Assembly (NCBI GenBank): GCA_965368975.1
Contig: CBDUPA010000011.1
Span: forward strand, 64,001 to 128,000
Origin: an uncultured bacterium
Lineage (GTDB): Bacteria; Acidobacteriota; Thermoanaerobaculia; Multivoradales; JAHZIX01
Reading direction: 5' to 3'
DNA length: 64,000 nucleotides
The notes under the pieces were generated by a model that saw nothing but the letters and a program-made list of their open reading frames with translations, was not told the origin of the DNA and did no database searches. Made by a program: the position numbers and the translations under genes. How positions within the stretch are numbered: the first letter of the stretch is position 1; each line of letters begins with the position of its first letter. Of this stretch, positions 29,566 through 38,437 are shown piece after piece.

Positions 29566-29827
29566 AGGTCTAGCTCCTGTGGTCGTCAGGCTCGGCCGTT
29601 GTGTGTCAGCACTCGGTCGAGCCGCTTTCCTGGTTTGGGGCTCGGAAGCCCCGGCTTCAGGTGCAGTCTACGGTGGAGTTCTCCGCCCGTGTTCCGAAGG
29701 AACCCGCCAACACGCTGTTAGGACACGACCTCGCATCACATCCATCTCTTGTCGCGACCTCTTCAACGCTGGGTCGCTTCTTCAACGCCCATCGGTCTTC
29801 GGCACCCAGTCGCCATTCTGATGGTTG

Positions 29828-31279
29828 TCACTGCAAGTACCCCAAAGCCTTCAGCCGCGCCGTCGTTTCTTCCGCTGCCTGGATGCTCTGTCGTCGATCC
29901 TCGCCCTGACGGTCGAGCCACCGCATGAGTTCTCGGCGCATGGTGCGGTAGGTTTCCGGCTGGGTCTGCTGAAGCTCTCGTTGCTCGTCCGGATCGGCTT
30001 GCAAGTCGAACAGGCGTCCCTGGTTCTCGCGCAGGTTGTAGATCAGCTTGTAGCGACCCTCGCGCATCGAGCGGTAGACGTTCTGGACGCTGTGGGAGAT
30101 CTCGAAGCCCTCGACGCCCGGCTCGGTTGCCATGCCGCGTTCGATCAACGGACGCAGGCTGTTGCCCTCGAAGGGCGCAGCCTCGATCCGCACGCCGACG
30201 TAATCGAGGATCGTCGGTACGATGTCGAGGTTGCTCGTGATCGCGTCAACGCGGGAACCGGTGTCCATTGTGCGCAGCGATGCCGGGGGCTTGACGACCA
30301 AGGGGGTGCCAATGACGGCCTGGTAGAGCGAGCGACAATGCTTGATGTGTTCGTGCTCGAGGAACTCCTCGCCGTGGTCGGAGGCGACGACTACCAGAAG
30401 CTCGTCGAGCAGGCCGCGTTCGTCCAGCCGCGCGAGTAAGGCACCCAGCTGCTGGTCGAAGAAAGCGATCTCTTCGTCGTAGAGGTCGACCAGGTGCTCC
30501 AGGTCCCGCCCGCTGATCTCGACTTCCTCACCGTCGTCGTAGAGCATGCGGGCGATCGGGTTGGGGTTGCCCATGGCGACGAAGTCGTGCCCCTCGTAGG
30601 GGCGCAGGAAGCGCGGCTGGTGGATCGCTGGCGGACGGTAGGGGCCGTGTGGCTCCATGTAGTGCAGGTAGAGGAAGAAGGGGACGTCGTCTTCCTCGGC
30701 GTTCTCCGGCGTCCGCTCCGTATCTAGCAAGTGCAGCGCGCGATTGTTGACGCAGATCGCGTGATTCCACTCGCAGTGCTCGTCGAAGACATCGAAGCCC
30801 CCGCCGAACCCCCCGTCGGGATTGTGCTTGGAGGGCGTTGCCCGGACGATCGGGCTGGCCGAGACACCGAGGGTTCGGTAGCCGTGGTGCTGCAACACCT
30901 GGGGCAGTGACAGCAGGCGATCCGGAATACCCATGTAGCGCTTGCTACCGGTGAAGAAGAGCGCCGGCCCGCGCGAGGTGAGCATCGAGTTGACGGACGG
31001 GTAGGTGCAGGCGGCTTGGCTGCTGTGGTTCTCGAACAGGAAGTTGTTCGCCGCCAGGGCGTCGAGGTTGGGACTGGTATCGCGCGCATAGCCGTAGCTG
31101 CCGAGGTGATCGGCACGCAGCGTGTCGACGACGATCAGCAGTACATTGCGCGGGGTCTCACTCGGTGGTTCGCTCGCCGCACTTCCGGCCCCACCCTCCG
31201 GGGGTGCACAACCGATCGACGCCAGAACTATGAGGCCGAGGCTCCAGGCGAGAGCCGCACAAATTCGACAGCTGCCCAT
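29828..31279 (-). CDS. Sulfatase/alkaline phosphatase superfamily lipoprotein
   Basis: VVDTLRADHL, TYPS, HYMEPHGPY, YDEEI, SDHGEE and LKALGYLQ. Confidence 0.9.
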   Translation of the reverse strand: MGSCRICAALAWSLGLIVLASIGCAPPEGGAGSAASEPPSETPRNVLLIVVDTLRADHLGSYGYARDTSPNLDALAANNFLFENHSSQAACTYPSVNSMLTSRGPALFFTGSKRYMGIPDRLLSLPQVLQHHGYRTLGVSASPIVRATPSKHNPDGGFGGGFDVFDEHCEWNHAICVNNRALHLLDTERTPENAEEDDVPFFLYLHYMEPHGPYRPPAIHQPRFLRPYEGHDFVAMGNPNPIARMLYDDGEEVEISGRDLEHLVDLYDEEIAFFDQQLGALLARLDERGLLDELLVVVASDHGEEFLEHEHIKHCRSLYQAVIGTPLVVKPPASLRTMDTGSRVDAITSNLDIVPTILDYVGVRIEAAPFEGNSLRPLIERGMATEPGVEGFEISHSVQNVYRSMREGRYKLIYNLRENQGRLFDLQADPDEQRELQQTQPETYRTMRRELMRWLDRQGEDRRQSIQAAEETTARLKALGYLQ

Positions 31280-32070
31280 CAACGCTTCTGAGTCAGGCTC
31301 TCGGCCAGCGCTCGCAGGTGCTGTTGCGTCTCTTCACTGAACCAGTCTTCGAGCACGGTCTCGGTATCCCGTTCGACACCCTCGTCGATCAACTGCACCA
31401 GGTGCCGGCGCGCCAGCAGCCGGGTGCGACCCTGGGCGATCTGCGGCAGCTGGGTACGATCTTGCGCCCAGGCCAGAGCCCTGGCTTCGACGGCGCCTGC
31501 AATGCTTTCACTCCCGGCGTCTTCGTTCTCGACGTCCACGACTTCGTCCACCAGGCCGACCTGGTGGGCTTCGGCTGCCGGCAGCAACAGGCCGCCGCTC
31601 CCGAGATGCGCGGCACGATGGTGTCCCACGGTGTACTGGAGCGCTTCCAGGATCACCTGCGGCAGTGGCAAACCGACGCGGACTTCGTTGAAGCCGATGC
31701 GAAAACGGCCGCCGGCCATCACGCGGTAGTCGCAGAACAAGGACAGCACCGCGCCACCGGCGGGGCTGTGACCTCCGATCGCTGCCACTACCGGCAGGCG
31801 CGATGCGGCCAGAGTTCGCAAGATGGTGTAGAAGCAGCGCCACACCGTGGCCAGAGCGTCGCGCTCGAGCTGCAACAGCCGCGGCACGTCGAGGCCGGCG
31901 CTGAACATTCCCGGGCGTCCGGCGAGCACCAGCGCACCGATGTCACCATTGCTCTCGGCCTCGCGCAGCGCGGCCAGGAAGCTGTCGAGGAAGGCCGGGC
32001 CGAGGGCGTTGGCCGGCGGGTGATTCATGCGCAGCAGGCGTACGGCGCCGTGATCGTGGACGTCAATCAT
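31279..32070 (-). CDS. Enoyl-CoA hydratase/delta-isomerase (crotonase family)
   Basis: FSAGLD, GHSPAGG and IGFNEVRVGL. Confidence 0.92.
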   Translation of the reverse strand: MIDVHDHGAVRLLRMNHPPANALGPAFLDSFLAALREAESNGDIGALVLAGRPGMFSAGLDVPRLLQLERDALATVWRCFYTILRTLAASRLPVVAAIGGHSPAGGAVLSLFCDYRVMAGGRFRIGFNEVRVGLPLPQVILEALQYTVGHHRAAHLGSGGLLLPAAEAHQVGLVDEVVDVENEDAGSESIAGAVEARALAWAQDRTQLPQIAQGRTRLLARRHLVQLIDEGVERDTETVLEDWFSEETQQHLRALAESLTQKR

Positions 32071-32234
32071 GCTTGGGCTCCTCTCACGGGTCTGATCCTA
32101 CCAGGGCTGAGCGCTGTCGCGGTCGTCGTCGCTCGTCGCTCGTCGCAGCTTTGTGGTTGCGGTTCTTTGACTTCGTGCCGCTTTTTGGACAAGATTCACC
32201 CGGCTGATTCACCCCCAACCACGAGTGCAGGAGC

Positions 32235-34331
32235 TTGGCTCAGGACATCACCCGATTCGGTCGCTTCGAGGTCAGATCCGTGCTCGGGCGCGGTGCCATG
32301 GGTTTGGTGTATCTGGCCGAGGACCCGGTGATCGGCCGCGAGGTGGCAATCAAGGCGATCCGCAACCCGACCGGCGCGGAAGCGGCCGAGGTGCAGGAAA
32401 TGCGGGCCCGCTTCGAGGGCGAATTCCGCTCCGCTGGCACGCTGTCGCACCCCAACATCGTCACGGTTTACGACGTCGGGCAGGAGGGCGACTCGTCCTT
32501 CATCGCCATGGAGTACGTCAAGGGCGAGACGCTCGAGTCCGTGATGCGCTCCGAGCGCAATCTGTCGCCGAACGAGATCGCCGATCTGGCGTTGCAGTTG
32601 GGTAGCGCGCTGGACTACGCGCACAAGCGCGACATTGTCCACCGCGACATCAAGCCGGCCAACATCATGATCACCTGGGACGGCCGTCCCATGGTCACTG
32701 ACTTCGGCGTCGCCAAGCTGGCGTCGAGCACGGTCACGCGCACCGGCACAATCATCGGCACGCCAGCCTACATGGCGCCGGAACAGGTCACCGGCGGTAC
32801 CATCAGTGGTGCTTCGGACCAGTTCTCGCTCGGCGTCATCCTGTACCAGCTGCTCACCGGCGAGCGGCCATTCAGCGGCGAGAATCCCACCACGGTGCTG
32901 TACAAGATCGTGCACCAGGAACCCCTGCCACCGCAGGAGCTGAACCGCGAGCTACCGGACGAAGTTGGCCGGGTGCTGCTGCGTTCGCTGAAAAAGGATC
33001 CGGCAGAGCGCTACGCCTCGTGTACCGAGATGGCGCGTGCGCTGCGGCAGGCGCTGCAACTGTTACCGCCCGAGGACTTGGCGGCCAGTGAAGACGCTGA
33101 GCCGACCCTGGTGAGCAGCCCGACGGACATCATCAGTCGCCGTCAGGTACAAGTAGTCGAAGGCCGGCGCCGGCGTCGCAAGCGGCTGATGCAGGGCTTT
33201 GTGGCTCTAGTGGTGCTCGCCGTGCTGGCCGGCTTCGGCTGGTGGCTGAGCCGCGGTGGCTCGCCGCTGAATCCGCGCTTGGTGCAGGTCCAGACAGACG
33301 TACCCGGTGCCGAGATCTGGATCGACGGTCGCGACAGCGGCCAGCGTACACCGGCGCAGCTGGAGGTCTACGGCTTGCCGGGTTCCAGCCGCCAGCTGGA
33401 GCTGCGGCGTGAAGGCCAGGTGACGGCGCGCGACGAGCTGGTGCTGGCACAGGATATGCCGGACATCTGGCAACCCCAGGAGTTCTGGACCCTCGAGCGC
33501 CAAGTGCAGGTCGAGACGACGATCCCGGGCGCGGAGATCTGGGTCGACGGTGCCGACACCGGCGAACGCACACCGGCGGAAGTGCGCCTGAGTGGCAATG
33601 CAGGAGTTCCCGCTGCGCTCGAGCTGCGGCGCGAAGACCAAGTGACGGCGCAAGAGCAGCTGGTCTTGACACCGGATCTGGAGCCGCGTTGGGCGCCGCA
33701 GGAGATGCTGCGGGTGCGCGTCGACTCGCAGCCGCCGGGTGCCCAGATTCGGCTCGATGGTGACCTGTTGGACACGACGCCAGCGGCGATCGAGCTGCGG
33801 CCCGGTGGCGGGCAGCAGCTGGAGCTGAGCCTCGACGGCTACGGTGGCTGGTCGAGCGAAGTCTCGGCATTGACCCCGCAGCTGCTCGAGAACGGCCTTC
33901 AGGTGACGCTGCGGCCGCTGGTCCGTCCAGGCTTCGTGGTCGTCGCGCCCGGCTATCCCGTACGCGTCTCGGTCGCCGGCCGCAGCTACGGGCCGCGCAG
34001 CGACCACCGCATCCCCGTGTCGCCCGGTGACTACGACGTTGCGATCAGCGCCGCCGAAGTCTTTCTCGACCTGCGCCGACAGGTGCGTGTCACCACCGGC
34101 AACGACACAGAAGTCTCGCTGCCGCCCTTGGTGCCCATCACCATCACCGCCAACCCGTCGAACTGCAAGATCAGCATCGACGGCCGCGAGGTCGACTTCA
34201 CCCCCATCCGGGGCCTGCCGGTGAGCGCCGGGGCGCACACGTTGACCTTCTTCTGGCCCGCTCTAGGCAAAACCAGCGAGCAGCGCGAGACCATCTCGGC
34301 CAGCAACGCGGTCTTCTTCGCGCGCCCCTGA
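32235..34331 (+). CDS. Membrane Hanks-type Ser/Thr kinase with extracytoplasmic PEGA repeats
   Basis: GRGAMG, VAIK, HRDIKPAN, DFG and YMAPE; TM segment; repeated PGAEIWxDG. Confidence 0.95.
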   Translation: MAQDITRFGRFEVRSVLGRGAMGLVYLAEDPVIGREVAIKAIRNPTGAEAAEVQEMRARFEGEFRSAGTLSHPNIVTVYDVGQEGDSSFIAMEYVKGETLESVMRSERNLSPNEIADLALQLGSALDYAHKRDIVHRDIKPANIMITWDGRPMVTDFGVAKLASSTVTRTGTIIGTPAYMAPEQVTGGTISGASDQFSLGVILYQLLTGERPFSGENPTTVLYKIVHQEPLPPQELNRELPDEVGRVLLRSLKKDPAERYASCTEMARALRQALQLLPPEDLAASEDAEPTLVSSPTDIISRRQVQVVEGRRRRRKRLMQGFVALVVLAVLAGFGWWLSRGGSPLNPRLVQVQTDVPGAEIWIDGRDSGQRTPAQLEVYGLPGSSRQLELRREGQVTARDELVLAQDMPDIWQPQEFWTLERQVQVETTIPGAEIWVDGADTGERTPAEVRLSGNAGVPAALELRREDQVTAQEQLVLTPDLEPRWAPQEMLRVRVDSQPPGAQIRLDGDLLDTTPAAIELRPGGGQQLELSLDGYGGWSSEVSALTPQLLENGLQVTLRPLVRPGFVVVAPGYPVRVSVAGRSYGPRSDHRIPVSPGDYDVAISAAEVFLDLRRQVRVTTGNDTEVSLPPLVPITITANPSNCKISIDGREVDFTPIRGLPVSAGAHTLTFFWPALGKTSEQRETISASNAVFFARP

Positions 34332-34348
34332 AGTCGTACCGCACCGCT

Positions 34349-36010
34349 GTGTTTCTACGCAGTGAGTACGATAAGCTCGGCAGCGTGTGGCGTGAGAAAA
34401 GCAAGAATCGTGACCGAAACCTCCTAGCCCGGAGACAACTGGCCTGGCGCCAGTGGGTTCTCGCGGGCTGGATCCTTTGTAGTCTGCTGTTCGGGGCATC
34501 CTGGTGCCTGGCTCAGACGTCGGCGGCGACTCCGGAAGAGGCCCAAGCCGAACTAGCCGCGCAGCGCCTGTTGTTCGAGGCGCGGCGCTTGGCGCAGGAC
34601 GGCGACCTGGCCGCGGCCGTGCGCGAGTACGGCTTGCTGGCCCAGCGCTTCGCCGGTCGCCTCGAGGCACGGCAGGCGCTGCTGGAACGTGCGCAGCTAC
34701 AGCTGCGCCTGGGCAATCCCCAGGACGGCCGTGACACCGCGCAGCAGCTGATCGACGCCTATCCGTCGTCGTCGGAAGCCGCTGGTGCCTTCGTCATCCT
34801 CGGTCGTAGCCGCAGCGACCAGCCGTCCACCCCGGCCGACCTGGAAGAGGCGCGCTCCAACTTCCGACGCGTGCCGCTGCTCTTCGGCCGCGATGCCTTC
34901 CCGGAGCTGGACTGGCGCGGTGAAGCGCGGGTGCGTTCCGGCGACATTGGACTGCGCCTGGGTGAGACCGAGGCCGCGGCCGCCGCATTCGTGCGTGCGA
35001 TCGAAGACGAAGCGCCGTCGCGCTGGACCGCGCGCGCCCGCCTGGGCCTGGCGGAAGTCCTGCTACGCCAGGGCGAGTGGACCGCGGCCGCCGACGTGCT
35101 GCAGCGGTTGATCCGTACTTCGGAGCTGGGCCTACCGGAAGGAGACGTCGAGCTCGCCGTCATGGCGCGCCGCCAGCTGACACTGATTCACCGGCTGCGC
35201 ATCCGGCCACAAGCCGGGCAGCCGCGCTGGCAGACCGCCCGCCAAGTTGCCGTCGGTCTGGCACTGGACAAGCCGGTGGGCATCGCGGTGCATGAAGATG
35301 GCCGCCTGGCCATCGCCGACGACGGAGCCTCGACCGCATTCGTGAGCGTGGGTCCAGAGGGTGCGGGCTCGACGGGTGCCGGCTTCACGGTGGTCTCGCG
35401 TATGCCGGCCGACGACCCGGGCAAGCCCTGGTGGAGCGGTGATCAAGCCTACCTGCCCACCAAGTCACGAGTGCAGAGCTTGCTCGACCGCGCGGCGCAG
35501 AGTTTCATCGTGATGAAGGGAAGCGATCGAAAGCCGGCCGAAGAACTGACCGCCGGCAGCCGTGGCCTGTTCGGCCAGTGGTACCTGGTCGAGAGCGATG
35601 TCGAACGTTTGCTCGGCTACCCACCGGTCGGTGGCCGGCCGGGCACGTTGGCTTCGGGCGACCCGATCGATGTAGCCACGGATCGCCGCGGCCGCGTCTA
35701 CCTGCTGGACGGCGATGCCGGTACCGTAACTCGTTTCGACGTGCAGGGTACTTCTGAAGGCGTCGTGGTGCGCGGCAACTGGCGTCGCCCACAAGCGCTG
35801 GAGGTCGACTTCCTGGGCAATATCTATGTCCTCGACCGTGGCGAGTCGCAAATTCACCTCTACAGTCCAGACGGAGAGCGTCTGCAGACCCTTGGTCCTC
35901 AGCTGCCGGGGGGTATCGAGCTGCGCACTCCAATGGACTTGAGCGTCGACGGTAGCGGTCGCTTGTGGCTGGTGGATTCGCGCCTGGCGGCAGTGGTGGT
36001 CCTGGAGTGA
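34349..36010 (+). CDS. Exported TPR (BamD/YfiO-like) plus NHL beta-propeller protein
   Basis: LIDAYPSS-type TPR repeats; PxDVAxD/GRVY NHL repeats; start uncertain. Confidence 0.75.
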   Translation: MFLRSEYDKLGSVWREKSKNRDRNLLARRQLAWRQWVLAGWILCSLLFGASWCLAQTSAATPEEAQAELAAQRLLFEARRLAQDGDLAAAVREYGLLAQRFAGRLEARQALLERAQLQLRLGNPQDGRDTAQQLIDAYPSSSEAAGAFVILGRSRSDQPSTPADLEEARSNFRRVPLLFGRDAFPELDWRGEARVRSGDIGLRLGETEAAAAAFVRAIEDEAPSRWTARARLGLAEVLLRQGEWTAAADVLQRLIRTSELGLPEGDVELAVMARRQLTLIHRLRIRPQAGQPRWQTARQVAVGLALDKPVGIAVHEDGRLAIADDGASTAFVSVGPEGAGSTGAGFTVVSRMPADDPGKPWWSGDQAYLPTKSRVQSLLDRAAQSFIVMKGSDRKPAEELTAGSRGLFGQWYLVESDVERLLGYPPVGGRPGTLASGDPIDVATDRRGRVYLLDGDAGTVTRFDVQGTSEGVVVRGNWRRPQALEVDFLGNIYVLDRGESQIHLYSPDGERLQTLGPQLPGGIELRTPMDLSVDGSGRLWLVDSRLAAVVVLE

Positions 36011-36018
36011 GCGAAAGC

Positions 36019-38355
36019 ATGCGTATCCTGAGCAAGTTCTGTTTCCAGCTGGCCGCGTGGTTGTTCGCTCCGGCGTTGCTACTGCTGGCACTCGTACTGC
36101 CGGCCCTACTCCTGCCGGCTCTACCGGCGAACGCTCAGATCGAAGAAGAAGACCTGCCGCCGGACACCTTCACTCGCCTGACCTACGAGCGGCTCAGCCT
36201 CGAAGAGCTGGAGCAGCGCTTCCGTGCCGCCGAAGAAGCTTTCCGCGCCGCCGAGGATCTGGCGTCGCCCCTGCCTGCCTTCGACGACTTGATCCGCATC
36301 CTGGAGGAACGCCTGGCGGCCGGTAGCCTGCCGGCGGTGGAGCGCGTGCTCTTGGCCGACAGTCTCAGCTACCGAATTCGCATCAATTTCAACCTCGGGG
36401 CCAACGATGCTGTAGGGCAGGATCTGGAACATTTGCTAGCAGTGCAGCCCGAGCACCAGCTGGATCCCGATCTCGTGTCCCCCAAGCTGATCGATCTGCT
36501 GGAGCGCAAGCGCCGCCAACTGGTGGGACACGCGGACGTCCTGATTACGCCGGCTGATGCCGAGGTACGCATCGACGGCCGGCTCGTCGAGACCGGTGGT
36601 GAGCCGGTGTCGGTGCTCGCCGGTAGCTGGACGCTCAGCGCAGCACGCCTGGGCTATGCACCGATCGAGATGGAGGTCGAGATCCCGGCCGGCGAGCGGA
36701 CGCCGATCGAGGTGCAGCTGGAGCGCACCAGCGCTGTCCTGGTGGTGGTTACCCAACCGGCCGGTGCCCGCGTCACGATCGAGGGACAAGACATGGGCAC
36801 GACCCCGGTCGCCGAGGGCCCTGTCTCCGAGGGTGCTGCCTCCGAGCGCCCGGCCTCCGAGGGCCCAGCGTCCGGGGACCCGGCATCCACGACGGCGGAG
36901 TCCGAGCCTTTGCGGCTCGAAGGTCTACAGACCGGTGCCTATCGCCTGGAAGTCACCAAGGAGGGGTACCGTCCCTACCGTGCACGCATCCAGCTGCCCG
37001 AACTGCGCGACTACGCCACCGGAACGCTGGCGCTGGAACGCACCGAAGCTGAAGTGCTGCTGCAAGGCCTGGGCCCTCAAGCCCGCGTGCAAGTCGATGG
37101 ACGCGAGGTCCGGGTCGAACGCCTCGGTCGAGATGCCGGTCGCTTACGCTTGGCTCCGGGCGACTTCCGTCTCAACGTCACCGATGGAACCCGCGGCGTC
37201 TTCGAGGCGGGCCTGCAGCTGGCAGACCGGCAGACGCTGGAAGTTACCGTCCGGCTGCAGCCGGGCTTGGTCTTTCTGGGCGTCCAGGGCGGCGACCGCG
37301 TGGCGGCGGAGGAATTGACCCAGATAGTCCTCACCGTCGGCCGTGCGCTCGACGGCTGGGCGCTGCTGGACCGCAGTGAGGCCGGGCTGGACCTGTTGCA
37401 TCGGCTCGGCGTCGACACTGCCAACCTGCGCCGCGCCGCCGACCCGGCAGTACCGAACCGTACGGGCGCCGACTGGGGCCGGTTGCAGGCTGCGGCCGAC
37501 CAGGCAATGCCCGGTGCCGTCTACCTGATGGCGGTTCTCTCGGACGATCTCATGGCGTCGCACGCCGACCTTTGGTTCTGGCCCGCGGCCCCAGGTCCGG
37601 CGCGCCCCGACCATACTCGCGTCGCCCTGCGTGGTGCCAGCGGAAGTGACAGTGGAGATGACGGCGACGCCCTGGCGCGTGTCATCCGCGCCGCGGGTCA
37701 ACCGGTACAGCTGGTGCGCCCCTGGTTCGGCGCGCTGCTGATCGACTCGGATGCCGCCAACGGGCCGGTGATCGCCGAAGTTGTTGCCGACAGCCCGGCC
37801 GCCGCCGCGGGCGTCCGCCTGGGGGAGCGTGTCGTGGCGGTGTTCAACCGTAACGTTACCTCGGCACTCGAGGTCGAACAGCAACTGGACCTGGCACCCG
37901 GCGCCTCGGTGAGTATCACGCTGGAGAATTCGAGCGGCCGCCGGGTCGTCGACTTCCAGCTCGGCACCAGTCCGGCGGTCGTCCCGCTGGACGACCCCGA
38001 CCAGATCTACGCCACCGTCTCCGCGGCGCTGTCGCGTGCACGTCTGGAAGGGCAAGACGTCCCTGGTTGGCTGCTGGATCTGAACCAGGCCGCCGTGTTC
38101 CTGCAGGGGTCGGCCTGGGAAGAAGCCGTGCGCGTGCTGCGCGGTGTGCAGGCGCCGCGGGGTGCCGGACTCGGTCAGGCTGCGGTCGACTACTGGTTGG
38201 CGATCGCGCTGCGCGCCGCCAGTCCCGCCTACCAGGACCAAGCCCGGCAAGCCCTCGAACGGGCCGCCGCCTCCCCGGGCGGACGCCTCTTCCACAACGA
38301 CGGCCCGCTGGTCGCACCGCGGGCCCGTGCCCGCCTGCTCGAACTCGGCGAGTAG
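36019..38355 (+). CDS. Exported PEGA/PDZ/TPR-like domain protein
   Basis: Signal peptide; TPADAEVRIDG and TQPAGARVTIEG PEGA motifs; VVADSPAAAAGVRLGE PDZ motif. Confidence 0.75.
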   Translation: MRILSKFCFQLAAWLFAPALLLLALVLPALLLPALPANAQIEEEDLPPDTFTRLTYERLSLEELEQRFRAAEEAFRAAEDLASPLPAFDDLIRILEERLAAGSLPAVERVLLADSLSYRIRINFNLGANDAVGQDLEHLLAVQPEHQLDPDLVSPKLIDLLERKRRQLVGHADVLITPADAEVRIDGRLVETGGEPVSVLAGSWTLSAARLGYAPIEMEVEIPAGERTPIEVQLERTSAVLVVVTQPAGARVTIEGQDMGTTPVAEGPVSEGAASERPASEGPASGDPASTTAESEPLRLEGLQTGAYRLEVTKEGYRPYRARIQLPELRDYATGTLALERTEAEVLLQGLGPQARVQVDGREVRVERLGRDAGRLRLAPGDFRLNVTDGTRGVFEAGLQLADRQTLEVTVRLQPGLVFLGVQGGDRVAAEELTQIVLTVGRALDGWALLDRSEAGLDLLHRLGVDTANLRRAADPAVPNRTGADWGRLQAAADQAMPGAVYLMAVLSDDLMASHADLWFWPAAPGPARPDHTRVALRGASGSDSGDDGDALARVIRAAGQPVQLVRPWFGALLIDSDAANGPVIAEVVADSPAAAAGVRLGERVVAVFNRNVTSALEVEQQLDLAPGASVSITLENSSGRRVVDFQLGTSPAVVPLDDPDQIYATVSAALSRARLEGQDVPGWLLDLNQAAVFLQGSAWEEAVRVLRGVQAPRGAGLGQAAVDYWLAIALRAASPAYQDQARQALERAAASPGGRLFHNDGPLVAPRARARLLELGE

Positions 38356-38437
38356 TCACGGCTGAGCCGACGGGCGACCTGCCTCCATGCGGCTGGCGAG
38401 ATCCGGCCCACCTACAGCAACCAGGAACACTTCCGAC

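Larger units (their letters stand above)
25977..29730. mobile_element. IS1-family cargo-carrying element (tIS), 3754 bp
   Basis: Perfect 17-bp terminal IRs GGTCGTGTCCTAACAGC (25977-25993 and 29714-29730, extendable by TGTTGGCGG with a 1-nt indel); flanking 8-bp direct repeat TCGCATCA (25969-25976 and 29731-29738); internal IS1-type transposase. Confidence 0.95.
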
